64,000 bases of DNA, from positions 280,581-344,580 of IMG/VR virus record IMGVR_UViG_3300028048_000039; one strand, 5' to 3'. Positions 19,105-28,733 of this stretch are shown here, in pieces. Numbering within the stretch: the stretch's first letter is position 1; the number at the start of each line of letters is the position of its first letter. This DNA is from a virus (lineage: Duplodnaviria; Caudoviricetes). The position numbers were made by a program, and so were the translations under genes. The notes beneath the pieces are model-generated. The model was not told where the DNA came from. It saw nothing but the letters and a program-made list of their open reading frames with translations, and did no database searches.

Positions 19105-20103
19105 CTAAATCCCAGATTTTTTCATATCATCTTTAATATCTTTTATCATTTCTTCATAGGAATGATAAAGTTTTTTACCTAAAAAGGTATTTTCTTTAAA
19201 ATTACTAAAATAGAAGAGTTTTATACCATTAGTTTTACATTTATTTAATTTTCTTATATCTCTTTCTTGTATTTCTTTTAAAATTTGTTTTCCTTCAGTT
19301 TCCTTTTGGCCTTTATGAAAATATTTAGGTATAAAATGTTGTACACCTTGAATTTCAATTCCTATTTTATATTTTGGAAAAAATATATCAATTTCTTGAA
19401 GTCCTAAAATATCTTTGTTTTTATAGTTTCTAATACATTCCTCATTATTAAAATCCTTTTTAATCATCATAAAAATATCAGTTTCCATAAGGTGTCCCTT
19501 TTTATCACATTCAGGGCAGCCATGACCTTGTAGGTGTTTATCTGGTGTTTGCCAAAACTCTCCATGTTCAGGGCAAATTATACAAACTTTGGTCTTATAT
19601 CCATTATAATTAACTTTACTATAATCGTATTTTTTGTTTTGTATTTTCTTTGCTTTTTTAATAAAAGTACTATTGGTTACCCTTCCTCGTGTATTCCACA
19701 TATCTATTTTACCACATTTAGGACAACCAGCACCGCTTAAGTGACTATGGGGTGTTTGCCAAAACTCTCCATGTTCAGGGCAAATTATACAAACTTTGGT
19801 CTTATTGTTATAATATGTAACATTAGAATAATCATATTTATTTTTATGAATTTTTTTGGACATGTTTATAAAATTTTCTAAAGTTGAAGAACATCTATTA
19901 TGTGTATGTTGGCTTTTACATTTAGGGCAACCTTGTCCTCTTAAATGTTTATCTGGCGTTTGCCAAAACTCTCCATGTTCAGGACAAATTATACAAACTT
20001 TAGTTTTACAACCTTTATATTCTACTTTAGAATAATCGTATTTATAACAATGTATGGTATTTGCCTTTTCTTTAAAAAGGTCTATTGTGTATTTTAACGG
20101 CAT
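19105..20103 (-). CDS. Zinc-ribbon-repeat (DUF723-like) PD-(D/E)xK/Vsr-type putative homing endonuclease
   Basis: 3x YDYS.V.Y...KTKVCIICPEHGEFWQTP..HL.G.GCP.C; C-terminal EIDIFFP..KIGIEIQG.QH; more AT-rich than neighbours. Confidence 0.8.
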   Translation of the reverse strand: MPLKYTIDLFKEKANTIHCYKYDYSKVEYKGCKTKVCIICPEHGEFWQTPDKHLRGQGCPKCKSQHTHNRCSSTLENFINMSKKIHKNKYDYSNVTYYNNKTKVCIICPEHGEFWQTPHSHLSGAGCPKCGKIDMWNTRGRVTNSTFIKKAKKIQNKKYDYSKVNYNGYKTKVCIICPEHGEFWQTPDKHLQGHGCPECDKKGHLMETDIFMMIKKDFNNEECIRNYKNKDILGLQEIDIFFPKYKIGIEIQGVQHFIPKYFHKGQKETEGKQILKEIQERDIRKLNKCKTNGIKLFYFSNFKENTFLGKKLYHSYEEMIKDIKDDMKKSGI

Positions 20104-23100
20104 TTATTTATCTTTTTCTGTTTTTATTACTGCATTTATAACAAGTTCCTTTCTTAATACAACATCCCATATTTTTTCATATTGAGTATTTCTGAATATC
20201 TGATAATAGATATCCACGTCCTTTGTCTGCCCAATTCTGTAGCATCTATCCTCAAACTGTCTACAGGCTGAAGGTACGTAGTCAATGTCGTTGAATATAA
20301 TAATATGAGAAGCAATAAGATTTATACCAACGCCAGCAGCAATTATCTGTCCAATAAATACCATTACATTTGGGTCGTTGGTAAATGCTTCCTGTGCCGC
20401 ATCTTTCTGCTTTGAGTTCATCTTGCCATTATAAACAACACACTTATCTCCAAAATGCTCTTTGAGAATATTTAACTCATCATCATAGCAAGTTGCAATT
20501 ACTACTTTTTCACCGTTTTTAATAAATTTTTCAGCAAGTTTTATTGTATTAGGAACCATTTGGTTAGAGCAGTATCTTCTGTAGATAGCACCTTCAAGAA
20601 GGTCTTTGTTTATTTCCTTCGTTGGGTCTGTTTCGAGTTGTGCTCTTTCATATTCTTCCCAAAGACGTTCATATTCCATTGTCTGTTGCATATCAAAGTC
20701 GTAACGGAGTTCGTGAAGTATTTTTTTCGGCAGTCCTTCGTTTATTTCTTCTTTTATTCTACGGAGGTAAATACTTGAAATGATGCTTTTTAGTTCATCC
20801 AAATTTGATGCTCCATTAGTTATAGTTATCATTCTTGCATTTCTTCTGATATAATCTTTAAGTTCTTCTTTTTCGTTATCTGTTAACTCAAACCAATTAT
20901 TTTTATGTTTATTTTTTAAATAAATAGTAGTTAATCGGTTTTTTTCGCCTTTTGCGGGTATTTTTTTACTATCACAAAATCTACTCATGTAATATTCCCA
21001 ATCTTCAGCAATATAATGTCCTATTAATTGGAGAAGACAGTACAGATTTTGAGGACTATTTGTAATCGGAGTGCCGGTAGCAAGGTAAATGCTGTCAGGA
21101 TTACCTCTCTTGATGAGGTCCTTGATGATTTTATATCTTATGGAAGTATTATTTGACAATCTATGTGCCTCATCTATAATGATAAGTGACTTCCGATTGA
21201 ATATATATCTTAACAATGGACTATTTTGGAAAGCAATTTCAACGTTTTCCTTGCTTCTTGTTTTAGGGATTTCATAAAATTTATCAAGAATGTCAAAATT
21301 AATAATAATGAAACGATTTTCTTTCCAATTTCCTTGTTCTAATGCTTCTTTTCTTAATTCTTCAACCGAGAGGCCACTTTTTCCTTCTGCATAACCAAGA
21401 AATTTTTCAAGGTCACCCTTAGTTTTTCCATTAAAAGAGTCAATTAATGTTATATCACGCTCTGGAACATACCACATAAGTTCCCTTTTCCAATTTGTCT
21501 TAAGAGAAGCAGGACAGATAATCAAAATTGAGTCAAAATTCCCTTCAACAGCGGCAACGGAAAGTTCATTGGTGTTATGAGTAACTATATAATTTTTACT
21601 TGTTAAATAAGTATGTTCTGAATAATCTACCATAAGACATCTAGCATCTCCGTTACGTACATATTCTGCAGAAACAATATATTTAGAGCAGTATTTTAAA
21701 AAAGTTGGATGATATTTTTCCGCTTTTCGTTTTAGATAAAATGGGTTAAATTTTACTTGTATTCTAACTTGATATTCAGGATTTATTTTACCTTTATGAA
21801 TATATTTTCCTACTCTTGCAACACCTCCAAGTGAAAAGACTAATTCGGCGATATCTTTTGCTAAAAGTTCAGAATTAGTAGAAAACGTTATCCTATTTTG
21901 TTTTCCAATAGTTCCATCAGTATCCATCAATCCCCTTAATAAGTCAATTCTTTGTTCTACAGAGCCAAATTTATATTCATCAGGAATAAATTTTTTAATC
22001 CCTACTATATTTAACCCAAGCCTTTTAATTTCAGTATAAAATTTGTTTTCATGCTGCCTTATTTTATGCTGTATTCTATATCTTGGACAAGAACTACTTC
22101 TATCTTCTTTGAGAATCATATCTTCATTTAACAGTAAAGAAATACGCTCTGATGTTTCTCGTTCATTATCTGGTATCGAAATATTTATACTGCCACTGCA
22201 TAAATTTCCATCTCCTATACAAGCCCCAAGAATATAAGGATGTATTAAATATTTTTTTTCTTCGTATTCTACGGCATTTGAAACAGGAATTTCATATTTA
22301 CTTCTTGGTTTCAGACCTTGTTTAATGCGATATTCATCAGAATATTGCAAACCGCTTTCAATCATTTCTTTTAAAGACATTGTCTTCCATCCCTGTTTCC
22401 TTTGGACCATATTTTTTGTTCTAACTTTCCATAAATGGTCAAGACCGCATTCGACTTGTGTTCCATCACTAAATTTAACTAAATATATTTCTTTATCTTT
22501 ATGTTCAAAGATTTTAGTAATTGGATGCGTCTTTCCGTCTTCACCGTAGATAAGGTCACCTATTTTAAGGTCCCCCATTAGTTTAAAGCCTTCTGTAGTG
22601 GGTATTAAAGAAGTAATTGGCTCCATTTTACCCAATCCCATGTCATCTGCCAATATACACTTTTTGCGGGATAATAAAAATTTTATAGCCTCCTTCTGGT
22701 GGTCCTTCAGCTTCCTGTTAGGGTCTTTCGCTGAGGAAAGTCTATCATAACGGTCAAAATCAACATTAACATTATGAAAATCTTCAACAAGAAAGTTATT
22801 AAGCACTGCCTTTTTAGGAATAAAGAGCCTCAGCGGGTTCATGTTCTGCCTATATTTAACAATACAATGAAAAGCCCCATCTGTTACGGCCAATAATGTA
22901 AAGATTTTTAACTTTTTAGGAATGAATTCTATATCATATTCTTCCTGAAGCTTCTTTCCAAAGAAATCAACGATGTCAATAGTCTTGTTAATGGTTAGCG
23001 GGGTGAAGTTATGGTTCTTCAAGATATAATCAACATTAAATTCAGTAAGCAATGAAGTCCTACCCAATAGAAAAACATCCCTTTGCATCTCCAGGAGATG

Positions 23101-23163
23101 AGGGTTATTGCCTTTGTAATTTCTTAAAAGGTCTATTGCTTCATTTTTTGCTTTATTCGTCAT
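20104..23163 (-). CDS. SNF2/SMARCAL1-like helicase containing an intein
   Basis: ILADDMGLGK|T Walker A, IICPASLK.NW, IIIDEAH, ATGTP, QFEDRCYRIGQ. Confidence 0.9.
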   Translation of the reverse strand: MTNKAKNEAIDLLRNYKGNNPHLLEMQRDVFLLGRTSLLTEFNVDYILKNHNFTPLTINKTIDIVDFFGKKLQEEYDIEFIPKKLKIFTLLAVTDGAFHCIVKYRQNMNPLRLFIPKKAVLNNFLVEDFHNVNVDFDRYDRLSSAKDPNRKLKDHQKEAIKFLLSRKKCILADDMGLGKMEPITSLIPTTEGFKLMGDLKIGDLIYGEDGKTHPITKIFEHKDKEIYLVKFSDGTQVECGLDHLWKVRTKNMVQRKQGWKTMSLKEMIESGLQYSDEYRIKQGLKPRSKYEIPVSNAVEYEEKKYLIHPYILGACIGDGNLCSGSINISIPDNERETSERISLLLNEDMILKEDRSSSCPRYRIQHKIRQHENKFYTEIKRLGLNIVGIKKFIPDEYKFGSVEQRIDLLRGLMDTDGTIGKQNRITFSTNSELLAKDIAELVFSLGGVARVGKYIHKGKINPEYQVRIQVKFNPFYLKRKAEKYHPTFLKYCSKYIVSAEYVRNGDARCLMVDYSEHTYLTSKNYIVTHNTNELSVAAVEGNFDSILIICPASLKTNWKRELMWYVPERDITLIDSFNGKTKGDLEKFLGYAEGKSGLSVEELRKEALEQGNWKENRFIIINFDILDKFYEIPKTRSKENVEIAFQNSPLLRYIFNRKSLIIIDEAHRLSNNTSIRYKIIKDLIKRGNPDSIYLATGTPITNSPQNLYCLLQLIGHYIAEDWEYYMSRFCDSKKIPAKGEKNRLTTIYLKNKHKNNWFELTDNEKEELKDYIRRNARMITITNGASNLDELKSIISSIYLRRIKEEINEGLPKKILHELRYDFDMQQTMEYERLWEEYERAQLETDPTKEINKDLLEGAIYRRYCSNQMVPNTIKLAEKFIKNGEKVVIATCYDDELNILKEHFGDKCVVYNGKMNSKQKDAAQEAFTNDPNVMVFIGQIIAAGVGINLIASHIIIFNDIDYVPSACRQFEDRCYRIGQTKDVDIYYQIFRNTQYEKIWDVVLRKELVINAVIKTEKDK
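21574..22626 (-). mobile_element. Class 3 intein (351 aa) with LAGLIDADG homing endonuclease
   Basis: Inserted between K and T of Walker A; starts MEPITSLIPT; block B CGLDHLW, block F ARCLMV, block G VTHN; motifs YILGACIGDG and LLRGLMDTDG. Confidence 0.9.
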
Positions 23164-23221
23164 CTTGAGTAACTACATAATTTAGGTTATTGTAAATATA
23201 TAATTTTTTTATTTTAAAAAC

Positions 23222-23320
23222 AAATATTATTAATAATTTTTATATTATTTAAATTATTATAATATTATTATATAATATTATTTTATTAAAATAATTATCA
23301 CGCATGCGTGCGTGCGTGTG
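23222..23320. other. Candidate replication origin
   Basis: 77 nt of only A/T (23222-23298), then CACGCATGCGTGCGTGCGTGTG; sits at the coding-strand switch. Confidence 0.4.
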
Positions 23321-23368
23321 AGGTTTTTTGTTTCTGAGAACTATTTATGAAAAATAAAACAACTAGAG

Positions 23369-23908
23369 ATGGCTCTTCAAAATAAAGATAAAAAGAAAAA
23401 GGTACCTGTTACGAGGAATAATAAGTTCTTCAGTGGGGAAGATTTTGCCCTTGAACTGGATTTTGCTACTGAATATTTGGAACAAGATGCAAACCAGACA
23501 ATAATTCTTTATCGTGTGGACCTTGAAAAGACAAAAGTAAGTGACATTTACCATGAAGCAAAGAAAGATGCTGTTCGTTTCCTTCCACCAATAGAATTAC
23601 CTGTTATCTTTGAGGTTGAAGATGCTGAATTAAAGGCATATAATACTAAATTACAGAAAGGTATGTATGCTCAAACTGGTAAATTAAAATTTAGTGTATT
23701 ATTAAGGACCCTTGAGGAAAATAACTGTGACATAAGTCGTGGTGATTACATTGGTGTCCAAATTACGCCAGAACATCGTGAGTATTTTACTGTTTCTGAT
23801 GATGGAAGAGTTGAAATGACCGCAAATAAGATGACGATGTACGGTACTATGCCTTATGCAAGGACAATTACCTGTGCTTCTGTCGATGCTAATGAATTTG
23901 AAGGATAA
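23369..23908 (+). CDS. Probable neck/head-closure protein (gp14-like)
   Basis: Position before the tail-completion and sheath genes; DIY.E...F..P.E pattern; CTATTTAT at 23341. Confidence 0.55.
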   Translation: MALQNKDKKKKVPVTRNNKFFSGEDFALELDFATEYLEQDANQTIILYRVDLEKTKVSDIYHEAKKDAVRFLPPIELPVIFEVEDAELKAYNTKLQKGMYAQTGKLKFSVLLRTLEENNCDISRGDYIGVQITPEHREYFTVSDDGRVEMTANKMTMYGTMPYARTITCASVDANEFEG

Positions 23909-23915
23909 TTGAGAT

Positions 23916-25004
23916 ATGAGTAGAGAGTATAAAAATGTCCTTGACCTACGAAATGAGGCTTATGGTCCTGAGAGGAGAAGAAATATAGCAAAGGAAATGC
24001 TTAAGGACTCCACTCCGTTTCCAAATCCGCTAGAATATAAAGATATTGATGAGGAATTTAGGAGATGGGTTGAAGAGGACCTTGATATTTCTTATGACGG
24101 GGAACGCCTTCCTACCATTGCATTATTCTCCAACCAGAGATTTTCTGAATATATGCAGTCTTGGGCTAGCGTAGATGTAAAGAAGAACATATTGCTCAAT
24201 TTTAAGACCATCACAAGGGAAAATAATCCAAAGGGTGGTTCCATCCTTGGTCAGACCAGAAACATTCCAGGAGATAAGACCTTTTTAATGCAGAGAGTAG
24301 AGCGTCAGGACGATGCCGGCAGAAAATATTATATTGATTATCGAGTAAAACAGCCGTTTGCAATTGATATGCTTTACACAATAAGCATTGTTACTAACAA
24401 GTATGAATTACTTAATGAGTTTAACCAGAAGGTAAATGATAAATTTAAAGCAATTGACTGCTACATTAGACCAAAGGGACACTTTATTCCAATGAAACTT
24501 ACTGATATTTCCGATGAATCAGAATATAGCATTGATAACAGGCAGTTCTATTCCCAATCCTATGCTGTGACGGTGATGGCTTATATAGTTCCTGAGGATA
24601 GTTTTGAGGTTAAGGAGCAACCAAGGCTTGCATTTTTGGGTTACGAAGGGGACGATTTGAGAACATCTTACGCTGACATCGAAGAATTACCTTGTGATTA
24701 TGACGAAAAATGCCCTTATGGTTATGTTCCAACTGATATTACTATTCACTTTGGAAAGTGTGATAGTTCCTATAAATTTAAAATAGATACTGACTTTAAT
24801 ACTAAAAGTTTTGAATTAAAAAACGTCAGAAGCTTTAAAATGTATGTAAATGATACAGAAGTAGAGCTAAATGATAACCTTAAGGTAAAAAAGAATGATG
24901 AAATAAAGATTAAAGGTTTAAAAAAGACAAATCCTTATGAGGATTCTGAGATAAAGATAGCTGGTTATTGTCCAAGTGAAACCTATGAAATGGAAAAAGC
25001 CTAA
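23916..25004 (+). CDS. Probable tail completion/terminator protein (gp15-like)
   Basis: P....D..Y.I pattern and position just upstream of the sheath gene. Confidence 0.5.
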   Translation: MSREYKNVLDLRNEAYGPERRRNIAKEMLKDSTPFPNPLEYKDIDEEFRRWVEEDLDISYDGERLPTIALFSNQRFSEYMQSWASVDVKKNILLNFKTITRENNPKGGSILGQTRNIPGDKTFLMQRVERQDDAGRKYYIDYRVKQPFAIDMLYTISIVTNKYELLNEFNQKVNDKFKAIDCYIRPKGHFIPMKLTDISDESEYSIDNRQFYSQSYAVTVMAYIVPEDSFEVKEQPRLAFLGYEGDDLRTSYADIEELPCDYDEKCPYGYVPTDITIHFGKCDSSYKFKIDTDFNTKSFELKNVRSFKMYVNDTEVELNDNLKVKKNDEIKIKGLKKTNPYEDSEIKIAGYCPSETYEMEKA

Positions 25005-25084
25005 TATTTTAGCTCAAAAAAAGATTTTTTGAAATATTTAATCTATTTATTAGAAAATAATAAAGTTAAAAATAAGTTTAGAAT

Positions 25085-27886
25085 ATGATTAGTGATGCAA
25101 GAGGTGGCCACGTTTCACCTGGTATTTACACAGAGGAGAAAGATGTTACCTATTCAGTCAAGAGTCTTGGTATAACAAGTCTTGGACTTGTTGGTGAAAC
25201 TCTTTACGGACCAGCATTTGAAAATGTAGAAATCAAGGATTGGTCTGAGTTTGTTGACTACTTTGGTGGTACATCTCCTGAGAAATTCAAGGGTAATGGC
25301 CTTCCAAAATATGAATTACCTTATATAGCAAAGAGCTATCTTGAACAATCAAAGAGTCTTAACGTTGTACGTGTTCTTGGTCTCTCTGGTTATGACGCAG
25401 GAAAGGCTTATGTTATTAAGTCAACCAATACTGGAAATCCAGCTATCATCCTTAGAAGTAAGATGACATATGATTTTAATCCAAGCGATATTTGCAACCC
25501 TAACCCAGACGATAAACCTTCTGAGGTTGTTGAGAGTATTGAAATAGGACCTTATACACCAGTTGTTTATAATTCAGTATGTCTCCCAGAGAACAGTAAA
25601 AGTGAAAAAATTAATGCAGACGGTAAGTTCAGCATTATAGTTAATTGTGTTAGTGGATTTGGATATTCAGATAAATATGTTTATAATGTTTCATTGAATT
25701 CAAGTGATAGTGATTACATTTATAGAGTAATTAGTAGTGACCCTTCAACTGGTACTACCCCAATCTACATTGAGGCTGTTTATGAGAGTTCATTTGAAAA
25801 TAATTATGAATATTATGAAGTACTTTCAGCAGGCACTGAAGTTTCTGGTAAAACTGAAGTTCATTGGGAATTTAATTGTACTAAGATTGATGAACTTCCA
25901 TCAGGTGCGACTAATATTTTCGAAACAACTGATTTTGAAAGTCATAAACTGAATAGTTCTTCTTCTACAAAGCCTTATGACTACGTTATTTATGAAATAG
26001 TTGATAAGGTTGACCAGGAAATACTTCCATTAGATGATGAAAAGTTCTGGAACTTTAAGGAAGAATATCGTCCAGCCCAGACCCCTTGGTTCGTATCTGA
26101 GGCGTATGCTTCTACTGAAGGTGACGGAGAGTCTGCAGCCACAAAGGTTACAATGAAGAAACTCTTCAAGTTTATAACAATTTCTGATGGTGATGCCGCT
26201 AACTATCAAGTTAAGGTTTCAATTCAGAATATTAAACCTGAAGATGGTACATTTGACGTAGTAGTTCGTGACTTCAACGATACTGACGTAGCACCAATAA
26301 TTCTTGAGAGATTTACAAGGTGTTCATTAGCAGAAGGAAGTTCTTCTTATCTTGCTTACAAGATTGGTAGCTTCGACGGTGGTTATGTTTCAAAGTCTAA
26401 GTTCATTACCGTTGAGATGGCAGACCAGGAAGACCTTTCAGGTTCAGTACCTTGCGGTATAATTGGTTATCCAATTCCTGAGTATGTAGAAGGAAAGACA
26501 GTAAAAGTTGGTTACAATACAGTATTTAACCCATCACTTAAGGCTAAGAGACAGTATTTTGGCGGAATGGATGACATAGACATAATCAAGTACAAGGGTA
26601 AATATGCTTATGATAACCAGGGTGATGCAGACCCAGATAAGATTACTAATGGTTTCCACATGGACTCCATTATTTCTCACGCTACTTCTGCAACAGTTTA
26701 TGTTGACGGCGTTAATAATTATGTATTTGATACTGTTTCAGTTAATAAGGTTACTTCCGATGATTATGAACCAAGAATGATTAATGCTTCTTATATTAAC
26801 AACACAATTTATAAGGACATTAACACTCGTAAATTTACCGTTTATTTCTACGGCGGTTTCGATGGTTGGGACATTAATCGTGAAGCTCGTACAAATACTG
26901 ACGATTACAAGGCTACTAAGTATGCTGTAACAAATTCCGACGTATTTACAAATGTTGAAACAAATGGTCTTAATAGAGCACTTGACCTTCCTTCAACCGC
27001 AATTACCAGTGACTACTATGCATACCTTGCAGGTTACAGAGTATTTGCTAATCCTCAGGATGTCGACATTAACTTGTTAGCAACTCCTGGTATTGACTGG
27101 TATAATAACAATCTCCTTGTTGAGGACGTTATTGACATCGTTGAAGATAGGGATAACCGTGGTGGTGACGTACTTTATGTAATGAATTCACCATTCGTTG
27201 TAGATGGCGAAATGCTTTCTCCAAGTGAACTTGCAGACGAGTTTGTTTCAAGAGAAATTGATTCATCATACGTATGTACATATTATCCTTGGATAATGTA
27301 TTACGATAGCTCTAACAAGAGATACGTAAATCTTTCTCCAACCAAGGACGTTGTTCGTGATATGGCCGAAACTGATAACAATTTCTTCCCTTGGTTTGCA
27401 CCAGCAGGTATGCAGCGTGGTGAAGTAAATTGTATCAAGGCTGCCTTCAAGACCACTCTTGATGATGAAGATACTCTTTATGAGAATATGATTAACCCAG
27501 TAAAGACATTTGCTAAGGACGGTGTTAAGATTTGGGGTAACAAGACTGCTTACAGAGCAGAGAGCCCACTTAACAGAATTAATGTTCGTAGACTTATGAT
27601 TAGGGTTAAGAAGCTCGTAACTGAGGCAGCTAAGGACCTTATCTTCGAACAGTATGATGACACTCTTGAAAAGCAATTCAGAGGCCTTGTAGAGCCTATT
27701 CTCGCAGACGTTAAGTCTAACAGAGGTATCTACGATTACAGAGTAATCACCGAGGTAACTGAAGAAACAAGAGACCAACACATACTTCCTGCAAAGATAC
27801 TTATCAAACCTACACCAACTCTCGAATACATCAGTATATCATTTGTTGTATACCCAGAGAGTGTATCTTTCGAAAGTGAGTCTTAG
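25085..27886 (+). CDS. Contractile tail sheath protein (gp18-like)
   Basis: SPGIYTEEKD, GETLYGPAF, PWFAPAG..RG, INPV..F, IWGNKT, LNRINVRRL, IKPT..LEYI. Confidence 0.95.
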   Translation: MISDARGGHVSPGIYTEEKDVTYSVKSLGITSLGLVGETLYGPAFENVEIKDWSEFVDYFGGTSPEKFKGNGLPKYELPYIAKSYLEQSKSLNVVRVLGLSGYDAGKAYVIKSTNTGNPAIILRSKMTYDFNPSDICNPNPDDKPSEVVESIEIGPYTPVVYNSVCLPENSKSEKINADGKFSIIVNCVSGFGYSDKYVYNVSLNSSDSDYIYRVISSDPSTGTTPIYIEAVYESSFENNYEYYEVLSAGTEVSGKTEVHWEFNCTKIDELPSGATNIFETTDFESHKLNSSSSTKPYDYVIYEIVDKVDQEILPLDDEKFWNFKEEYRPAQTPWFVSEAYASTEGDGESAATKVTMKKLFKFITISDGDAANYQVKVSIQNIKPEDGTFDVVVRDFNDTDVAPIILERFTRCSLAEGSSSYLAYKIGSFDGGYVSKSKFITVEMADQEDLSGSVPCGIIGYPIPEYVEGKTVKVGYNTVFNPSLKAKRQYFGGMDDIDIIKYKGKYAYDNQGDADPDKITNGFHMDSIISHATSATVYVDGVNNYVFDTVSVNKVTSDDYEPRMINASYINNTIYKDINTRKFTVYFYGGFDGWDINREARTNTDDYKATKYAVTNSDVFTNVETNGLNRALDLPSTAITSDYYAYLAGYRVFANPQDVDINLLATPGIDWYNNNLLVEDVIDIVEDRDNRGGDVLYVMNSPFVVDGEMLSPSELADEFVSREIDSSYVCTYYPWIMYYDSSNKRYVNLSPTKDVVRDMAETDNNFFPWFAPAGMQRGEVNCIKAAFKTTLDDEDTLYENMINPVKTFAKDGVKIWGNKTAYRAESPLNRINVRRLMIRVKKLVTEAAKDLIFEQYDDTLEKQFRGLVEPILADVKSNRGIYDYRVITEVTEETRDQHILPAKILIKPTPTLEYISISFVVYPESVSFESES

Positions 27887-27912
27887 TAGTTAAAAGATTT
27901 TGCAAAATGAAG

Positions 27913-27942
27913 AAATCCGTACAGAAATGTGCGGATTTTTTT
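27913..27942 (+). terminator. Intrinsic terminator
   Basis: AAATCCGTACA-GAAA-TGTGCGGATTT plus T tract. Confidence 0.8.
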
Positions 27943-28044
27943 ATCTAAATTGGTCTTTATAAAAACAAAGTTTTTATGTATTTAAAAACTCGGCAATTTA
28001 AGACTTGCTTACTATTTATGTAAAAAATAGTCTATTCTATTGCA

Positions 28045-28650
28045 ATGAGAGTATATAATAAACGAAGCAACATATTACAAAATAACGAACCAGTACTTCC
28101 CGCCCCATCTTCATTGGAATATGGCGAGTTGTCAATTAATTATGCTGCAGGGCATGAAACAATAGCAATAAAGAACGATAATAACGAGATTATAACCTTT
28201 TTACCTGGTAAACAGGGTCCTCAAGGTCCTCAGGGAGAACAAGGAGAAGTTGGAGTACAAGGACCGCAGGGGATAGGTGGTGCTCAGGGACCACAGGGTG
28301 CTGATGGTACAAGCGGTGATGAAGGAAAGCAAGGACCTCAAGGTGCTAACGGTTCTAATGGAACTGATGGTAAGCAAGGCCCACAGGGTGCCGATGGTAT
28401 AAATGGAAAACAGGGTCCTCAGGGAGTAAATGGTTCTAACGGAACCAACGGTACTAATGGAAAGCAAGGACCTCAAGGTCCAGAAGGGCCAAGCACAATT
28501 CCTACAATTGGAACAGGAGATGAAGGAAAGGTACTTAAGGTGGTAAACGGCATTTGGGCATTAGTTACACCAATTAATGTATATTCAGGTTCAGGAACCC
28601 CTCCTGCATCTGTAGGAATTGGCGGAGATTTATATTTACAGACAAGTTAG
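28045..28650 (+). CDS. Collagen-like fibre/decoration protein
   Basis: [11 protein letters not shown]-domain; 32 uninterrupted Gly-X-Y triplets; CTATTTAT at 28012. Confidence 0.85.
   Translation: MRVYNKRSNILQNNEPVLPAPSSLEYGELSINYAAGHETIAIKNDNNEIITFLPGKQGPQGPQGEQGEVGVQGPQGIGGAQGPQGADGTSGDEGKQGPQGANGSNGTDGKQGPQGADGINGKQGPQGVNGSNGTNGTNGKQGPQGPEGPSTIPTIGTGDEGKVLKVVNGIWALVTPINVYSGSGTPPASVGIGGDLYLQTS
28207..28494 (+). repeat. Collagen Gly-X-Y repeat (32 units)
   Basis: GKQGPQ...GPEGPS. Confidence 0.9.
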
Positions 28651-28733
28651 TTCTTAGATAAGGAAAATAAATATTGGGATAGTAAATCTTGTGTAAGCAA
28701 GCATATTATTACTTATTAAAAAAAATTGTTACT

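Noticed and set aside
19540-20010. Near-identical ~45-nt repeats as a CRISPR array or DGR template
   Set aside because: They are in-frame zinc-ribbon domain repeats about 200 nt apart; no cas or reverse transcriptase gene is present.
20919-20926. CTATTTAT (minus) inside SNF2 as promoter for the downstream endonuclease
   Set aside because: It is about 800 nt from the ATG, within AT-rich coding sequence; chance is likely.
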